This document shows, one piece after another, positions 27,320-42,998 of a stretch of 64,000 nt of DNA. The translations under genes and the position numbers were made by a program. The stretch comes from the human T2T-CHM13v2.0 reference genome, Homo sapiens, in the NCBI RefSeq assembly GCF_009914755.1, contig NC_060925.1; one strand, given 5' to 3'. The notes beneath the pieces are model-generated. The model had not been told where the DNA came from and ran no database searches. It worked only from the letters and a program-made list of their open reading frames with translations. How positions within the stretch are numbered: the stretch's first letter is position 1; every line of letters begins with the position of its first letter.

Positions 27320-28280
27320 GTTTTCTTTTGAAATTAATTTAAATTTACAGCAAAGTTGCTAGTACAAAGGACTCTACTATACCCTTTTAACTAGATTCAT
27401 CAGTTTTTAAAACCTTGCCACATTTGCTTTATTCTTCTCTATACAACATGTTTTTTTCCTGAATGATCTGACCTTTTAGCCCTTAATCTTAAAGAGTATT
27501 AAGTATGTTTCCTAAGGATATTCTCTTACATAAAAACAACATAATTATCAAATTCAAGGAATATAACATTGATATAATATTTTAATCTATAGGCTCAATT
27601 ATAATTTATTTATATAAAATACAATCCACTGTCCCCCTAATGTCTTTTATAGCAGCTGCCCCACTCCCTACCCAACAGGATCCAGCTCAGGATCACATGT
27701 GTCTTGTCTTTTTGTCTCCTCTAATCTGGAATGGCTCCCCAGCCTTTCTCTGTCTTTCATGACTGATACTTTTGAAGATTATAGGCCAGTTATCTTATAG
27801 AATGTCGTTCAATTTGGTTTTGTCAGCGTTTCTTCATGATTAGATTCAGGTTATATGCATTTCTGGCAAAAATACCACAAAAGTGATGCTGTGTTCTCTC
27901 TCATTTATAGGCACACAGCGTCCATCTGCCCCACATTGCTGATATGAATTTTAATCACCTGGTTAAGGTATCATGGGATATCCCCAAGGTATATAGTCAC
28001 TATTTTTTATGTGTAATTAATAAGTAATTTGTATGAAAGATATTTTAAGAATATCTAAATATACTACTTCCTGAACTCCCTCCATCTCTGCTAGATTTAG
28101 CATCTGTTGATAATTCTTGCCTGGTCAACTTTTATTATGATGGTTGCAAAATGATCATTTTCTAACTCCTTTGCTCCTTCTAGATTTTCTAGTTGGCATT
28201 TTACTATAAAGATGAGCTTTTCCTTTTCTCCCTTTTATTCATTTATGTACTTATTATAATAATTGTATTGACTATGGATT
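27320..28280 (-). mobile_element. Old L1 (L1MC-like) 3' fragment
   Basis: aaatttacagcaaagttg...ggatattctcttacataa...atgattagattcaggttatatgcatttctggcaaaaatacca. Confidence 0.75.
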
Positions 28281-29195
28281 CTTACATTATTCAACAAGAA
28301 CCTTTGAGTTTTTAGAAGTACTCTTCAAACACAGGGGAAAGAAACTACAGATCTGGATTGAGAGACATTAACTGGGCAAAGTTTATTCATGAGGCAAGAG
28401 GAAAACTATTAACTGGGGACTCCACTTGTTTTGGATGCTTGTGGGCAAGAGAGGTTTAAGGCCTCAGGCACCGCAGTTAGGACATTAGCCTGCAGCTCTC
28501 GTAATAGACAATGTGAGTTACAACTACCAAGTTGCAGTGCTGCTCATCATCAGACATGATATCACACCAAAAAAATTCCATCCAAACAACCCATCGATTT
28601 CTCCACAACTAGCACACTTGAATGTTCTGGCAAACTCAAAGGGACATGATTTACAAATAGTAGGTAATATTTGGATCTTTCGACAAGAGCTGAGTTCCAG
28701 CTTGTTTTTTTAATAAAATACAAATGACTTCATTTTGGAGCTCACTGTGTCACTTTCTCAACAAACAGATCCTCATATCAGGAATTAGGCCTGTGTTATA
28801 TACAAATAGTATGGGTCCGTGCATATTCATTTTGTGGTCAGGGACCACACACCCGGTAGCCAGTTACAATATTTACAGGGCTCCTGATGCCACAAGGGGG
28901 GTTTCAGAGCTGAAACCAAAGCTCAGGCCACACAGAGTATGACGACAGGTCCTGCTCTAATGTGCGCACTAGACCCCAGCCTCTGCCCACAGAAGATGGG
29001 CAGGTGTGTCTGCTTTCTGTGAATGCTTATCTATGTCATCATCCAAATATCACTAAGTGCATCCTCCAAATTTAACACTCTTTGGACTCTGGCATTATTT
29101 CAGTGAAAGTAAGCCTTTATGAAAAGTTTGGCAAAGTTTAAGGACCATTATGTCCTTGTGCTAAGGATCAGTTTGGGGGAGGTTTAAGCACTTAC

Positions 29196-29333
29196 CAAAA
29201 ACAGTCTGGAGACCCCAGTGGCAAGTCTCTCTGTCTTCAGATGCCACACCAGGGGGTGTGGGGAGTTGAGCAGGAACACAACAGACTTGTGGTGGATGTG
29301 GACTGAGGAGATGGGATTCAGGTGAAGTGTGAC
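29196..29333 (-). CDS. TGFBR3: TGFBR3 coding exon (exon 4, 138 nt, phase 0 to 0): VTLHLNPISSVHIHHKSVVFLLNSPHPLVWHLKTERLATGVSRLFL
   Basis: Translated by hand (the ORF track shows a different frame); acceptor ctctttctgttgcttcctag|GTC, donor TTG|gtaagt; joins in frame to VSEGSVV of the next exon. Confidence 0.98.
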
Positions 29334-30789
29334 CTAGGAAGCAACAGAAAGAGGGCAGAAATCTTAGCCCTGGCTTTCCATGAAAATCACTCAGAGCAGC
29401 CTCTGGAATACTTTTTTTGCAACTCACTATCAACAGAAACAAGCTATAATGTAGCTCAGATTCTATGAATAAGATACATTAAGTTGAACCAGATGATATT
29501 GCCAATATTTGACCATTTTTTACTACAAAATGGCTATTTCATATTAGTCAACCACACTAATCTCAACCAAAGCATGATTTAGCTCCCTGCCAAAGAACAA
29601 ATAAACAGAACACATTTTTTCTTTCTAAAAGTCAGCAAAGGTGGAACAAAAGTTACCTTCCCTTAGGCCTGCTTTAAGCTTTAGGTCAAATGACTAAGGT
29701 GAAACTTGGAAAACAAAATCCCCTTGGGGTGGGGTCATCCCTCTGGATCTCCAGAGAAATGACTTTCTTCTCCTCCAGGTAAGCTCCAACCTCTATAAAG
29801 TGAAATGGGTTCTGCCAAAGAAAAGTGCCGAAAGCTGAGAAAAAGCGGCTGCCAAGGGAGGCTGCCAGGGCTTTCATTGTCTCAGCTTTTAGCTTGAAGG
29901 GCTTTTCCAAAGAAATGAAGCACAGAGGACACACAGAATAAAGAGTGATTGTATACAGCCCCTGTCAAAAAAAAAAAAAAAAAAAAAACAGGGAAGAAAA
30001 CCATGGGATGGATACAAAAACTGTAACCAATTTTGACAGCAGATCAAGGACTATTGCAGGTCATCACTGTTGTCATTAACATCACCAAAAAGCACCTGTG
30101 AATGGAGCTGCAAACCATGGACTCAACAAAGTCCTCTTGGCACACATGAGCCCAGGGCAACATGAACATAGGAGAACAAAGGGATATATAAGGAAATATT
30201 GACTAGATACTTTCATACAGTCTGTCTCATACTGGCTTTCCATACAGAGCGGGGAGGCAAGACCCAAGAATCACATATTTAAACAGAGTGAACTCATCAA
30301 ACATAACCATAAAGTAATAAGGGAGGGACAGGACAAAAAAGGACTTAGGCTAGAAAGACACAGACTGAATGATGCACTGGGAATAATAGTACATCTCAGC
30401 TAGAATCCTCATGAGGATGACATGGTCTAGATCCACGATCTGTGTCTATACAACCATCAGGGATACAGCACTAAATGCTGGACTATTTCACATTTTCCCA
30501 ATGGCTGCCAGCCCACTGTGATCTCAACATACTTCTACCTTTTTTTGTAGGGACCACTTATGACCAATGTCACTTATCATAGTATGCTCTCAGGTCATTG
30601 ATAAATAAAACAGTAAACTTTCATTATCTTTCAAAACCCAGGCTTTAGCACATGGTAAGCACTCAGCAAATGTCAAAATAATGTTTTAATTCTCTGCTTT
30701 TCAATGCCACAAAAATATTCTATGAATAACTTGCATCATCTTGTTCACTAGCTTGAGAATGCATGTCTTAATTTCCAAAATGGACTGTA

Positions 30790-31018
30790 GGCCAGGAGCT
30801 TGAGACCAGCCTGGCCAACATGGAAAAACCCCGTCTCTACTAAAAATACAAAAATAAATTAGCCGGGCATAGTAGCAGGCACCTGATACTCAGGTGGCTG
30901 AGACACAAGAATCGCTTGAACCCAGGAAGTGGAGGTTGCAGTGAGCCCAGATCGTGCCACTGCACTCCAGCCTGGGCTACAGAGTGAGACTCTGTTTCAA
31001 AAACAAGCAAACAAAAAA
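30790..31018 (+). mobile_element. 5'-truncated AluS
   Basis: Begins at gccaggagcttgagaccagcc; right arm and (AAAC)-type tail. Confidence 0.9.
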
Positions 31019-31042
31019 CTGTGCTTAACATAGACACGATAA

Positions 31043-31075
31043 TACACTTGATCTTAGCCAAAAGGCCGGGAAGTA
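31043..31075 (-). pseudogene. U2 snRNA 5'-end retro-fragment (3'-truncated, tailless)
   Basis: Reverse complement reads CTTCCCGGCCTTTTGGCTAAGATCAAGTGTA versus U2 CTTCTCGGCCTTTTGGCTAAGATCAAGTGTA (30 of 31 identical). Confidence 0.9.
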
Positions 31076-34000
31076 AACACACACAATAAATATTGACTTA
31101 TCACAGCAAATTCATATATTTATATGTTACCTAAAGGGGAAAAAAAGGTTCAAAGGAATTTAGCTGGCTAATTTGCAAAAAAATACAAAAATAAGCAATA
31201 CTCCAACTGTCATGAGCTATTTCTGCACACAGCTAGGATCATTTTTATATCTGGCATAAGCATAGCACTAAATCAAAGTACTAGATGAACAGTGATGTCA
31301 AGTACAGCTACAGCAAAGTAATGTGCTCCTTGGTTGTAAAGACTCTACCTCACAGCACACTTTGGAGATGCTGTCCGCATCTAGAAATAAACAGATTGAT
31401 AGCCACTGAGAAGAAGAGATGCTATAGAAATAGCAGAAGCAAAGATTCAAACTGTACTGAACAAAGAGACACACACACACTATGGAGAATGAAGGAGGGA
31501 TGAAATCATCATTTGTTCCAGTGTACCTGAAAACTGCAAAGCAACACTCTTTCACTAATAGCATGTATCAGTAAAAGGTTTCTCTATTTATTTATTCAAG
31601 ACTATTTACTGAGTACCATAATGATGCAAAGACTAGTAATGTATATCTGCAGGGGCTGCATCAACCCTTCTTCTGAAGATTTTCTTTGCAGTCCTCAGGC
31701 ATACAATTCTTCTTAGAGCTCATAGATATGCAGAAGTTTCGGTCAAAATATATACTACAAAATACTAGTAAGTATGTATTTCAAATGAACAAGAATTTTT
31801 TATAAAAGCTCATGAAATGAGAAGAAAAAGATCTATGAGACAGATATTGGTGCTCAGGTCCAAAATTTTCCAGATGGTCAAAAGTGCTGAGGCCTGGCTC
31901 ATACAATCAAGGGAAGATTTCTAGGAGCCACAGCTCTCTGAGCTTTCCTGGAAACAGCTCCCTCTTCAATATGTGGCAGTGTCTGGCCAAGATGAATCTC
32001 TGACTCTGGCACACAGGGTCCAGGCAGAGCCCCAAAAGCCATTTGGCAAAGAAGAATTCACACTACAATTGGGAAATTCAAAGAAAAATACCCAATAGTT
32101 TCTTTAAAAGATCATTTGGCAGGGACAATGAGTCCTGCAAGTGCCTGCTCACCTAATCCCTCAGCAACCTGTCTTTTCTATGCTTCCCCCGCTTGAGTAA
32201 ATCTTGCTGAAGGGAAGATAAAGGACAACCAAAACAGCTAACAAAAGAACCATGGTATAAAAGCTTCCAGAAATGTAGAGAGAACACACAGCAATATCTC
32301 AAAGAATTCCTGGCTAAGTTGCTCAATTTCTCCCAGGCTTGGGGGAAAAAAAAAAAGACAAAAGAAAAGAAAAAGAAAATCCTCCTTAGGATCAATTATA
32401 GCTCAGGGTAGACTACAGTTACAAATATAAGAATATCCTGAAGCTTTTTGTGGTTACACTCTCCAGTGCTCATGGTCTAAAGGCCGAGCTGAGGCAGACT
32501 ACAGCAAATAAATATCCCATGAAGAAATGATACAAAGAGTATCCAGAAATCTCCAGCTTGGAAATCCAAACAGTAGTTTAAAGAGTTGACCATCAATCCT
32601 ATGTCAAATTTACACATAAAAATACAGGTTAACAGCTTTGTCTATGGGCTGATAAGTAATAAGGAATTGAACACTGGGACCATGCAAGCTGTGAAGGCTG
32701 GTAGAACCAAAGGGGATGCAGCTCAAAGGAGCAGCAATGACCAGTCTCGAAACCACTGGCTTCTTTGTAAATCTTTGGGAGTCATGGAACATTTGAGAAC
32801 TGAATGCATGTGTGCACCCTCTCCTTACCAAACCAAACCAAACAAAAAACATCCATATCACACAAACTTTTGCAGACAATGTCAGGGAATTACATTCATT
32901 GCAGGGCCCATGAACTCCCCGTTAGGCACCCATTAACCCAGATTAAGAACCCCATCGTAAAAGAGTAAGAAAGTTCTAAGAGCAACAATGGTAACAAAAT
33001 GGATCCATCTAATTAAACTACAAATTACACCGCTGGTCTTAAGATGTCATCCTTTCAGCAGAAGAACTTAATAGATGAAGACTCAGAACTAAAAAAACTT
33101 TCACATGCAGTTTCTCGTGAAACCCGTACTTTGACCACAAACTGGTCCATGAAGCCTAATCCAAGAGTTCCTGTTCTAACCATGCTGGTTTCAAACAGTG
33201 CTGGATATTCGGTATTCCTGATGGTGTGAGAAAATGCAAGCAAATCTGATCTGCCACATCCCTTATGTAACACCATCCCTCATACATTGCTGATTCTTCC
33301 CCTAAATGGAAAAGAGTTAATTGGTCTAACCTGTTCTACAACATCTATTCATACTAGGTCTTCTGCAGTTACCTGTGCAATGCAACAAACATACAATTTT
33401 ATAAAGAAATTCAAAGCAGATCTTCTGAGTGTTTTTCTGGGGAATCTGAACACAACTTTGCCCAAAGTCAAGGACAACTCTAAGGAGCACAAAGCCTCTG
33501 AGTGGAAACACTACCTCCCTATCTCTCACTTGGGAAGAACGTCTTTGCTCACATTATCAGCAGAAAATAACAAGGACAATCTTTTCTGGACCTTGTTATA
33601 GTGAAGGCTTCTGGGTTCTCCAAAGGTTATCTTTGATAAGCAAAAACTATCTATTGTCTCAAACTCTGTAGATTACTTTATGAAAATGAATTACAGGAAG
33701 AGGGGGAAACCCTACTTGCTTTATGGAAAGATTCCTTATGAAAATTGTTTTGAATTTCCCAAGATTCATAATATAGATGCAAGGCATTTCTACCATAGAG
33801 ATTTCAGAATATGAATTAGTTAGACCCCCTACTTCTGGGGTTCATTAAAACGAACGAAAAAGCAAAGTGAGCAAGGCAACTGATATGCTAGTCTAACAGC
33901 TGTCCAATTTTGCTAACGTGTCAGTGAGGTCCATTTCAACATTTCTGATTCTTAGAACAGCCCCTGTGGGCTGTTCATGAAGCAATGAAGTCATCCAAAA

Positions 34001-35531
34001 CACTACCAGGGAAACTCTTATTATCTAAAACCAGACCAAATAATTCTCTGAAATGGATGATTCAATAATCAGTTTACACTAAGATAAGAAAAGAACTCCA
34101 ACAGCGTGCCTACAACCAAGACCCATAAAATCACATGCTGGTCTGTATATAGCCATCATCTGTCCCCTCTTCAGGGGTAAGGAGACATCCCACTTGGCAA
34201 CAATGTTAGTAGTAACTGAAAACATCCTGAATCTGGGTCTCCCAGCACCCACACTTTGCACCCACAAATGGAAAGGCACAAACCTATTTCAGGACACTAG
34301 GGTCCCACTGAACTCAAATTTCACTGACATTTGGGCAATATGACTTTTAGGAACTCAAACCTGACCCCAGATGGATCTAAAATGTGCAACTGACTGCTAG
34401 GGGTGGGAACAGTATTTACTTAGTTGCTGCTGCAGTATTTAAAGTATATTCTGATCTAAGGAACCCCTACAGCTGATATTTTATTCACCATTGCTTGTCC
34501 TTCACCATTTGGGAATTGGCATAAAAAGATTCCCTCAAAATATTTTTAGAGAACTGGGTGTGGAGCTTTAAAATTTTTCCTTTTTATTTTTATATTTCTC
34601 TGAATTTCTAGAAGAATATTAATCAGTTGGTGCTGAATTCAAGAAATCTTGACATACACACACATTCCCCCCCACACACACCCAGGGTCCCCATCCTGAC
34701 CTGGGGCACTCAACTAACCATTCTCCTTGGTCAAATGGTATCAAGCTCTTTCCCAATGGTTTTGTCTTGAAACCACTTAAAGTGCTGAGAGGGGCACTGT
34801 CAGTCTATTTCAAAACTAATCTCCCTTCCCCCCAACAAGGACATGATTCAGGATTCCCTGAGAGCCTCTGAAAATCATCTAATATAACCACAAAAGAGAC
34901 AAAAAAAAAAAAAAAAAAAAAACCTAAAATGAAAGTCTGAAACGGGATGCAGAAATAAGCTCTGCTCCATATTTTGTATGCCCTGGAAAAATACTGGGAA
35001 CTAAATTTGGGTTGGGGGTTGAGGGGCAAGAGCTCATATAAACAGAGGAGTATTTATGAAACTACAGGTCATGACCTTCTAAAGGGGTCCTGGGAGCCGT
35101 TGCAAGGAGATTCCAGAGACCCAGGCCCTTCCTTCCCAGAGCAGCCACAGCTCCCCCGGCTGCGGAGAAGAGAGGCAGGCAAAGCGGAGACCCTGATGTG
35201 TGGGTGGTTCGGGTGGAGGAACGCTGCTAGTGCCCTCAGCAGGCCACTACTGATGCAAGTCTGAGGACACAGACAGGCACTTTTCTATCATTCTTTGGCA
35301 TTAAGATAGGTTGTGTGAATGGGGTACTGTGTACATCACTAACACACCGCAGCCTTGCAGGATTCTGGCCTAAAGTGCACCACAGTGCTCCGGATGGACT
35401 TGTGGGTCCAGCTCACAATGCCATCTCCAGTAAAATCTTTCCCCCTCCCTCAGACAGAGCCAGAGCTCTCTCAGACAGCACTGGTGTTTCTACCTCTGCC
35501 TCTGCCTGGCACTATAATGAACTGCTTAGAT

Positions 35532-35746
35532 CAAGCTTGTCCAACCCACGGCCACATGCTGCCCAGGATGGCTTTGAATGAGGCCCAACACAAATTCGTA
35601 AACTTTCTCAAAACATTATGAGATTTCTTTTGCAATTTTTTTTTCTTTTTCGTTCATGAGTTTTCATTAGCATTCATGTACTTTATGTGTGGCCCGAGAC
35701 AATTCTTCCAATGTGGCCCAGGGAAGCCAAAAGATCGGACGCCCTG
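35532..35746. mobile_element. MER30 (hAT-Charlie)
   Basis: caagcttgtccaaccc...cccaggatggctttgaatgaggcccaacacaaattcgtaaactttct...gggaagccaaaagatcggacgccctg. Confidence 0.88.
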
Positions 35747-36621
35747 GTTTGGATGTTTGTCCCCCCTGTCACAGTATAAATTCCTCAGGTCATTCTTCAA
35801 GGGCAGAAACTGAGTCACACTCATTTCTGCATCCTTAGGCCTAGCACAGGGCAGGACATCTAGTAGGCAGTCCACAAGTTCTCTGAAAGAAGGAATAAAA
35901 GAAGGAACGAACAAAAGTTATTAATGAAATGTGACTAGGATAATAATTACAGAGTCATATTGACCTGTTTTTCTGGCCAGAACAAGGGGGTTGGGGTGTA
36001 TATAGTAAACAGAACATTAACACACAGTCAAGATAAGCAGATTCCAGCTACTGAAACAAATGACGGAGATGCTTCCTGGAAGGTATGCTGGACAGCATGC
36101 CAAGGCCACTCCCAGGCTTTGTAGGACAAGCCACCCTGATCATCATCCTCTCTGTGTGTAAGACAGCGTAGAATGGCACTTGGGCCATCCATGGGAACCA
36201 TAAAAGGCAAAGAAAAGAAAATAGAAAATGTTTGTTATCTTAAACAGTTACGCAAATAAAAACACATAAAATGTAAAAAACCTTTGGAGCGTGTTTTCTT
36301 CCTTAGGGATAGATAACAAAGATAAAATATTTTGAGCAAATATTCCACTATCTTTTAGAGGCATAGAATTTTACACGGGTTTGCATGTAGGCAATTAAGT
36401 GTGTTAGAATGATTAGAAATTAAAATTTTAGACAAACTGAAGAAACTCAATATTTGCAAATTGATTAAAATGGAGGGAAAGTTTGCTTTTTATATATATA
36501 TATTCCCTGTCACATTTAATAAATACATCCATTCAGATCACTTTTTGTTTTTAACACTAATATGTAACCAAAGCCCCATATAACTATGTGCTATACAAAC
36601 GTATTTCCTCTCAAGTTCTCC

Positions 36622-36920
36622 TTTTTTTGAGACAAGATCTCACTCTGTCGCCCAGGCTGGAGTGCAGTTGCACAATCAGAGCTCACCGTAACCTTCAACT
36701 CCTCAAGTAATCTCCTGTCTTGGCCTCCCAAGTAGCTATGGCCACAGGCATAAACCACCATAACCAGCTAAGTTTGTTTTCTTTTTTTTTTTTTTTTTTT
36801 GTAGAGACAGGGTCTTGCTATGTTGTCCAAGCTGATCTCAAATCCTGGTCTCAAGCAATCCTCCCACCTCAGCCTCTCAAAATGCTGGGATTACAGGTGT
36901 GAGCCACACAGTACCTAGCC
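36622..36920 (-). mobile_element. AluJ
   Basis: Reverse Alu with J features (gggtcttgctatgttg, ctcaagcaatcctccc). Confidence 0.9.
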
Positions 36921-37189
36921 TAATTTCTACATTTTATAATGGGCTTCAAATTAGCTTTGCTACATACCTGTTTAGTAAGCCAGTATGCTCACATGTATAT
37001 GTCTTTACCAACAACAGAATGTTAGAATGGCCTGTGCATCAGTACTGTGATGTATCAAACTGCATAATAAAGAGAATCACTAGAGTGATCATTAGAAGCT
37101 GATTTACAAAATAAGCATAGCAGGAACTCAATTCCCACAAAATCTGAGTACTGGAGTAATCATTCCACCTGCTACGTGCAGTCAGAGAT

Positions 37190-37710
37190 TGAAGCTGTCC
37201 TCACTGGGTTAACAAGAATTCCGGACAGAAAATATAATTAAGCATTAACATGCTGCTCTTTGACCTAGTTTCTTGTAACCAAGTCACATAGCACTAGATT
37301 CTCACCATTTGCATCCCCATTGCTCCTATAGATAGATAGGATGTCTGATGTTAGAATCCTAAGGGTTTTGTTTGAGAGTTGCATGAGCAGATCCTGAATT
37401 CCAACGGGACAGCTGACACCAACCAGTTTAAAGACTCCCACAAAGGAACCACCAAATCAGCATGAGAACACAGTTTCTTCATCCCCCTGTCCCACGACTT
37501 TACCCTGCACTCTTCGACCCATCAACAATCTCCATATTTCAGCCCACCCAAAACCCTTAAAAACTCCAACCCCAAACTCCTGTGGGAGATGGATTTGAGT
37601 TTTCCCCCAGTTCAGCAGCTGTACAATTAAACCTCTGTCTCTGCTGCAACCTGGTATCTCAGTGTATTGACTTGCCACGCACGTTGGACAATGAACCTAT
37701 TATGGCTGTA
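37190..37710 (+). mobile_element. ERV1-class (MER4-group-like) solo LTR
   Basis: About 520 bp; ccttaaaaactcc TATA-like segment, gggagatggatttgag, attaaacctct poly(A)-like signal, tctcagtgtattgact; subfamily not resolved. Confidence 0.65.
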
Positions 37711-38347
37711 AGATCTCAATAAGGATTTCTGTTTAAGCAGCATCTTAAAGTTAGTTAATTTGTAATAGCAAAAACAAACAAACAAAACCCCACAAAATGC
37801 AGTTGTAGTCAGGTAGCGATTTAAGATGCTCTCAGCAGCAAAGGATGGCATTTGGATTCCCCTGGGCTAAAGTACAATCTTAGAAAGTATATTAACCTGA
37901 AGCTGGTAAGGAATTCTTTAGGAGTACAGTGTTACCTTGCTAGCAGAAATCAGAAATCCAGAGAGGAGTAATTACTAAGACATGAACATTCAAAAACACC
38001 GCACTTGGATTATTGTTAAAAATCATGGTGGCAGCAGTAGTAATAACCATCATCATCATCATCTCCTAAGGAAAGACAATAGGTAGATCCATGGCTCCTG
38101 TTGAGATTTGCTGCTCTCATCAAAAGGAAGTGCTCTGCGTAATATCTAATTACTCCCATCTTAAAGGTAAAGAAATTGGTGTTCTTGCCAAAGTCATATG
38201 GCTAGAAAATGACAGTGCTGGAAGTAGAATGAATGTCTCTCCCTGTCTGTCTGTCTGTCTCTCCCCCTACCTACCCACCCCCATCTTTAATCTTGGGTGT
38301 TAGTCTTGGGACATAGAGGAGAATGGGAAGCTGCTCTATAGCAGTAA

Positions 38348-38812
<465 letters not shown>

Positions 38813-39033
38813 AGAAGACTTTGTGTCCAGAGGATATTACTGACCTATGTCCTGTTGACCCATCTCTTACAGCATCCAGAATCTGCTGCCTTGTATTAAC
38901 TTTGTACATATAAACTATCTCAGAGCATGGGGTGGGACTTGTATTTTTATCACCTTAGAACCTTGTCCAGTATCTAGCACTTACAGGAATTACATTAATA
39001 TTTGGTAACGAATGAATGACTGAATGAAGAAAT

Positions 39034-39755
<722 letters not shown>

Positions 39756-39889
39756 ATGAATCAACACACACATTTTAAAGCATAATTTCATCTCTTCCAA
39801 GATCTACATTTTCTTCTAAGTTGGCCACATCTCCCGTAACCCAATCCTTTGGGTCACTCTGCCTTCCTTTCTAAATTACAGGCAGTTTG

Positions 39890-40135
39890 ACCTGGTGGTT
39901 AAGAACAGTGACTCAGAGCCAGGCATTAGGTTGGAATCTCAGCTCTCCACCTACCCACCCTAGGGCCTCGAGGATGTTAAGACTCTACTCACATCAGTTT
40001 CATCAATTGTAACATGGGGATAATAATTGTATCTATTCTATCAGATGTCAAAGGGTTAAATCTGTCATTTGTCGAAAGCACTTAGAACAGTGACTGGCAT
40101 CTGGTAAGCACTCTCTAAGTGTTAGCTATTATTAC
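39890..40135 (+). mobile_element. MIR
   Basis: gtggttaagaac...cagtttcatcaattgtaacatggggataataat...aagcacttagaacagtg. Confidence 0.8.
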
Positions 40136-42319
40136 TTCTACCCACTAAAACCACAGCTGCTATTCTCCATTCCCTTGGTTCCTATGGAAGGAAGCTCTTG
40201 TCTATACCATCCTCCATTGAGGCTTCAAGTCAAAACGGGTTTCCTCATAGTCCTCTAAACATCAAGCTGCTGGCATCCTTGGACTCGGCCCACATTCTCC
40301 TCCTAAACCAACTTCTCTCTGGGCACACACGGGCCCTGTTAACCTTCCCCTTTGCCCCCACTCTCTTTCTTCCCCACCTGGCCACCCCACTTCCTGAGTC
40401 ACGCTCCCAAAGCTTACTCACAGCACTATCATGACCAACAACATCTCCAAGGCTCACTTCACTCTAGCCAGACTTGGAGATACTTCAAAGGCCCCACATG
40501 ATTGGAGAGAAGGATAAGGGAGCTGTGTTTTTGTTTTTTTTGTTTTTTTTTTTAATACAACACATCCTGAAGGGGATGCCCTGTTTCCATGTGTGTATTT
40601 TACTCTGACACAAACCGATCACTCTCAGGCTTGAACAAGCTCGGTGAAGACCTCCACCAGATACAAAACCAAAAAGGCCGAGACAGCTGCAAAGGTTTCT
40701 ATTTCCCTAGAGATGGGAGTTTCATGGAAGGCTAAGGATCACCACAGCAACCAGACTACAAAAACAGTCGTGGGCTTCAGCACCGTAACTCTGGTAAAGC
40801 AATTTGTGCTCTGTGAAAGGCTGGGGCACAGAAGTTGAAGAATGATCAAAGTAAACACTGCTCCTCAGGCACCATTTTGTTGTGCTGATTTCAAGACACT
40901 GAGTCTCAGCATCAAAGTTCTGTTATGAAAGATGCGCATCAAGTGCCAAAGATTTGCTAGGCTGGACTGCCTGCCCTGGTGCAAAGGTCTGGAGAGAAAC
41001 TCATAGCACATTTTCCAAAACAACCATTTCAAATTTGCTCTAAGAGCAGACCAGGGTAAAAATGTATGCCATTATATCAAGTTACCCTGCCCATGCTAGA
41101 ACAACTGTTGATCCCAACCCTGGATTAAAAAAAAAAAAAAGAGTGGGTGATTTTTCTCATAAAACCCTAAATAGACTTTATCCCATGCTGAACTTACATA
41201 GACTGATTCCTACAGATTTAAGAAAAAATTACCTAAACTTTATTAAACACCAATTGAAAAAAATCACCTGTTCTAGTCTCTGATCTGCCACCCTAAATCT
41301 ATACTGCAGTTTACATAATAAATAAGAAACTACAGCATACTATTTCTACACTCTATAGAAGCAGCAAATATAGAGTATAGTAACTAAAACAGAAATCTCT
41401 TCATGGATTTATAAGAGGCTTCAATATTTATTAGTATGATTAATTTAATTATTAACTATGTTAACTATAGCTTGAATATATAGGAACTTGTTCTTTTTAA
41501 AGAAACTCAAATTGGTCTACCTGAGTAATCTTACAATATCCTCAAAAATTAGGTTAAAAAATATACAATTCCCATTAGCAAATTTATAGAAAAATCCTTC
41601 AGACCTCTGTTATGTTGGCAGTACACAATGCATTCCTAAAAAACACTTAGTGGTAGTGAGAAATCTGTAACTTAAACTGCCCCAAACAGGAACACTGAGA
41701 AATACAACAACAACCATGTGATGTGTACACATACTTACCACACCCCTTTTCTCTAGGATGTGTCCCATGTATAGTGCGCTGCTTTCTGAATCTTTTGTGG
41801 GGAAGGGGTCCACTTACACAATTTCTGGAGTTTCAGCAGAGGCTCACTCAGTAAGTCAGCAGGGACTCTGCAATCCACAAAATTTATTGTTCCATAGGCC
41901 CCTCTAGCCCAGCAGTTTGCAATGCATAAGAGGTAATTAGTAATATCTAACACCTAAATGCTTCACAGACAGGAATGAATGGCTTGGCTTACGGGCTTGC
42001 TCAGTCTTTTCTAGCTGCACCCTCCTCCTTTTATCTCTAGGTTAATAAGCGTGAAGTTACTAAACTAACAGGGAAAAGAGGTTCTCATGTTATGTTTTGC
42101 GCATTTACTATTCATTCCTCAGAAACTGAATGGCTACTATGTGTAAAGCACTTTACTCAGTCAATCCTTCCCAAAGTGTGGAGATAATAAGAATGTTTTA
42201 AGATATACTTTATGTATATATATTTTTACAGGAATTAAAAACATGATTTCATGTTTAGGAAGTTGAGGATGAAGCTAAAGTCATTTTTTAAGTGAGTAGA
42301 TTTAAGAAAAAATATTATG

Positions 42320-42998
<679 letters not shown>

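Noticed and set aside
41739-41867. Minus-strand GTG|GTAAGT donor with possible upstream AG
   Set aside because: Acceptor has a weak pyrimidine tract; not convincing as an exon.
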